Assembly: GCF_018977255.1 (NCBI RefSeq)
Contig: NW_024705573.1
Span: 1 to 33,921, forward strand
DNA from: Callorhinchus milii
Lineage: Eukaryota
Reading direction: 5' to 3'
Length of the DNA stretch: 33,921 nt
The notes beneath the pieces were generated by a model that was given only the letters and a program-made list of their open reading frames with translations, ran no database searches and was not told where the DNA came from. Numbering within the stretch: the first letter of the stretch is position 1; every line of letters begins with the position of its first letter. The position numbers and the translations under genes were made by a program. Shown piece after piece: positions 32,499 through 33,921 of the stretch.

Positions 32499-32697
32499 CG
32501 TAGGCACGTCAAGGCGTTGCAGAACGCCGCGGAAGGCGAGGCGGACGAGCCGGGTGGGGAGGTTGAGGCGGGCGAGTCTCCAAAGTTGCTCCTCCAGCCG
32601 CTCTCTGGCACCAGCACGTGCTCCACCAGCGCCGGGAGGCAAAGCTCCACCAGCGCAGCCCTCAGAAACTCGTGGCGCGACAGGTTCCACAGCGTGC
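32499..32697 (-). CDS. Armadillo gene exon (phase 1-2)
   Basis: GTLWNLSRHEFLRAALVELCLPALVEHVLVPESGW...NALTCLR resembles p120 GTLWNLSSHDSIKMEIVDHALHALTDEVIIPHSGW...NTAGCLR; 199 nt, AG/GTAAG. Confidence 0.92.
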
Positions 32698-32706
32698 CTG
32701 GGGTAG

Positions 32707-33684
32707 GGGTGGCGAGGGTGGGTGGTGAGCGTGGGTGGTGAGTGTGGGTGGTGAGTGTGGGTGGTGAGTGTGGGTGGTGAGTGTGGTGGGAGGTGGGTGG
32801 TGAGCGTGGGTGGTGAGTGTGGGTGGCGAGTGTGGGTGGTGAGCGTGGGTGGTGAGCGTGGGTGGTGAGCGTGGGTGGTGAGTGTGGGTGGCGAGGGTGG
32901 GTGGTGAGCGTGGGTGGTGAGCGTGGTGGTGAGTGTGGGTGGTGAGTGTGGGTGGTGAGCGTGGGTGGTGAGCGTGGTGGTGAGTGGTGGTGGTGAGTGT
33001 GGTGGTGAGCGTGGGTGGTGAGCGTGGGTGGTGAGCGTGGGTGGTGAGCGTGGGTGGTGAGCGTGGGTGGTGAGCGTGGGTGGTGAGCGTGGGTGGTGAG
33101 CGTGGGTGGTGAGCGTGGGTGGTGAGTGTGGGTGGTGAGCGTGGGTGGTGAGCGTGGGTGGTGAGCGTGGGTGGTGAGCGTGGGTGGTGAGTGTGGGTGG
33201 TGGGGAGGTGGTGGTGAGTGTGGGTGGTGAGTGTGGGTGGTGAGTGTGGGTGGTGAGTGTGGGGTGGTGAGTGTGGGGTGAGTGTGTGGTGGTGAGTGTG
33301 GGTGGTGAGTGTGGGTGGTGAGTGTGGGTGGTGAGTGTGGGTGGTGAGTGTGGGTGGTGGTGAGTGTGGGTGGTGAGTGTGGGTGTGAGTGTGGGTGGTG
33401 GGAGTGTGGTGGTGAGTGTGGGTGGTGGTGAGTGTGGGTGGTGAGTGTGGGTGGTGAGTGTGGGTGGTGGTGAGTGTGGGTGGTGAGTGTGGGTGGTGAG
33501 TGTGGGTGGTGTGGATGGTGAGTGTGGGTGGTGAGTGTGGGTGGTGAGTGTGGGTGGTGAGTGTGGGTGTGGTGAGTGTGGGTAGTGAGTGTTGGTGGTG
33601 AGTGTGGGTGGTGAGTGTGGGTGGTGGTGAGTGTGGGTGGTGAGTGTGGTGGTGAGTGTGGGTGGTGGTGAGTGTGGGTGGTGA
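32707..33684. repeat. 13-mer GTGGGTGGTGAG(T/C) minisatellite
   Basis: Visible directly. Confidence 0.97.
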
Positions 33685-33685
33685 C

Positions 33686-33725
33686 CAAGGTGCACATGGT
33701 CTGGCGAATGGCAGTTTTTGTTGTT
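33686..33725 (+). mobile_element. Tiny RTE LINE 3'-end fragment with a 35-nt internal deletion
   Basis: CAAGGTGCACATGG.CTGGC|GAATGGC.GTT.TTGTTG matches 20703-20775 with the segment between two TGGC removed. Confidence 0.7.
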
Positions 33726-33758
33726 TGTGTATCTCCTCATCTCCCCATGCCCCTACAG

Positions 33759-33904
33759 GTGCTTGTGTCTGCATGCGAGATGTTTGCAAATCCTCAGCTC
33801 CAGCCATGCTGGTGCATTGGCATTTAGCAACAATGGAAGCCTCGCGGCCTTAGCCAGCCTGCTGGGACGCACTCACAACCCTCAAACCCTGGAGAAGATC
33901 ACCG
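33759..33904 (+). CDS. Armadillo exon homologous to the one preceding GTLWNLS, but on the opposite strand
   Basis: VLVSACEM/LQILSSSHAGALAFSNNGSLAALASLLGRTHNPQTLEKITG resembles p120 VHLGACGALKNISFG..IKNCDGVPALVRLLRKARDMDLTEVITG; CTACAG| acceptor, G|GT phase-1 donor; one extra T at 33783-33785. Confidence 0.7.
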
Positions 33905-33921
33905 GTAGCAACCCACCACAC

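Overview
Eukaryotic, vertebrate-like genomic DNA. GC-rich exons in microsatellite-filled introns suggest lamprey; this is an inference. From left to right: a CACT-type simple repeat and a 30-N gap; a ~3.7 kb featureless, random-looking block (761-~4430) that may not be native; an orphan + strand ORF/terminal exon (K/E-rich, then Thr/Ala-rich, acidic and basic amphipathic segments); a 427-bp solo LTR with a CAAG target-site duplication (TSD); a frameshifted C2H2 zinc-finger gene (-); and a very young full-length Gypsy/Ty3 LTR retrotransposon (9900-16940). That element has 733-bp LTRs differing at one base and no TSD, and its gag-pol is broken only by four -1 shifts; its LTRs carry an array of hairpin+CCAAT units and a 43-bp hairpin array. 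Next come three candidate exons of an unidentified + strand gene, RTE-clade LINE fragments, a hAT-type MITE, tRNA-derived SINEs, and a 160-bp palindrome centred on a hammerhead-ribozyme-like core. Finally there are seven minus-strand exons of a divergent p120/delta-catenin-family armadillo gene. The exon that should precede them lies on the opposite (+) strand at the window end, pointing to an inversion, an inverted paralog or a mis-assembly. All alignments were done by eye.
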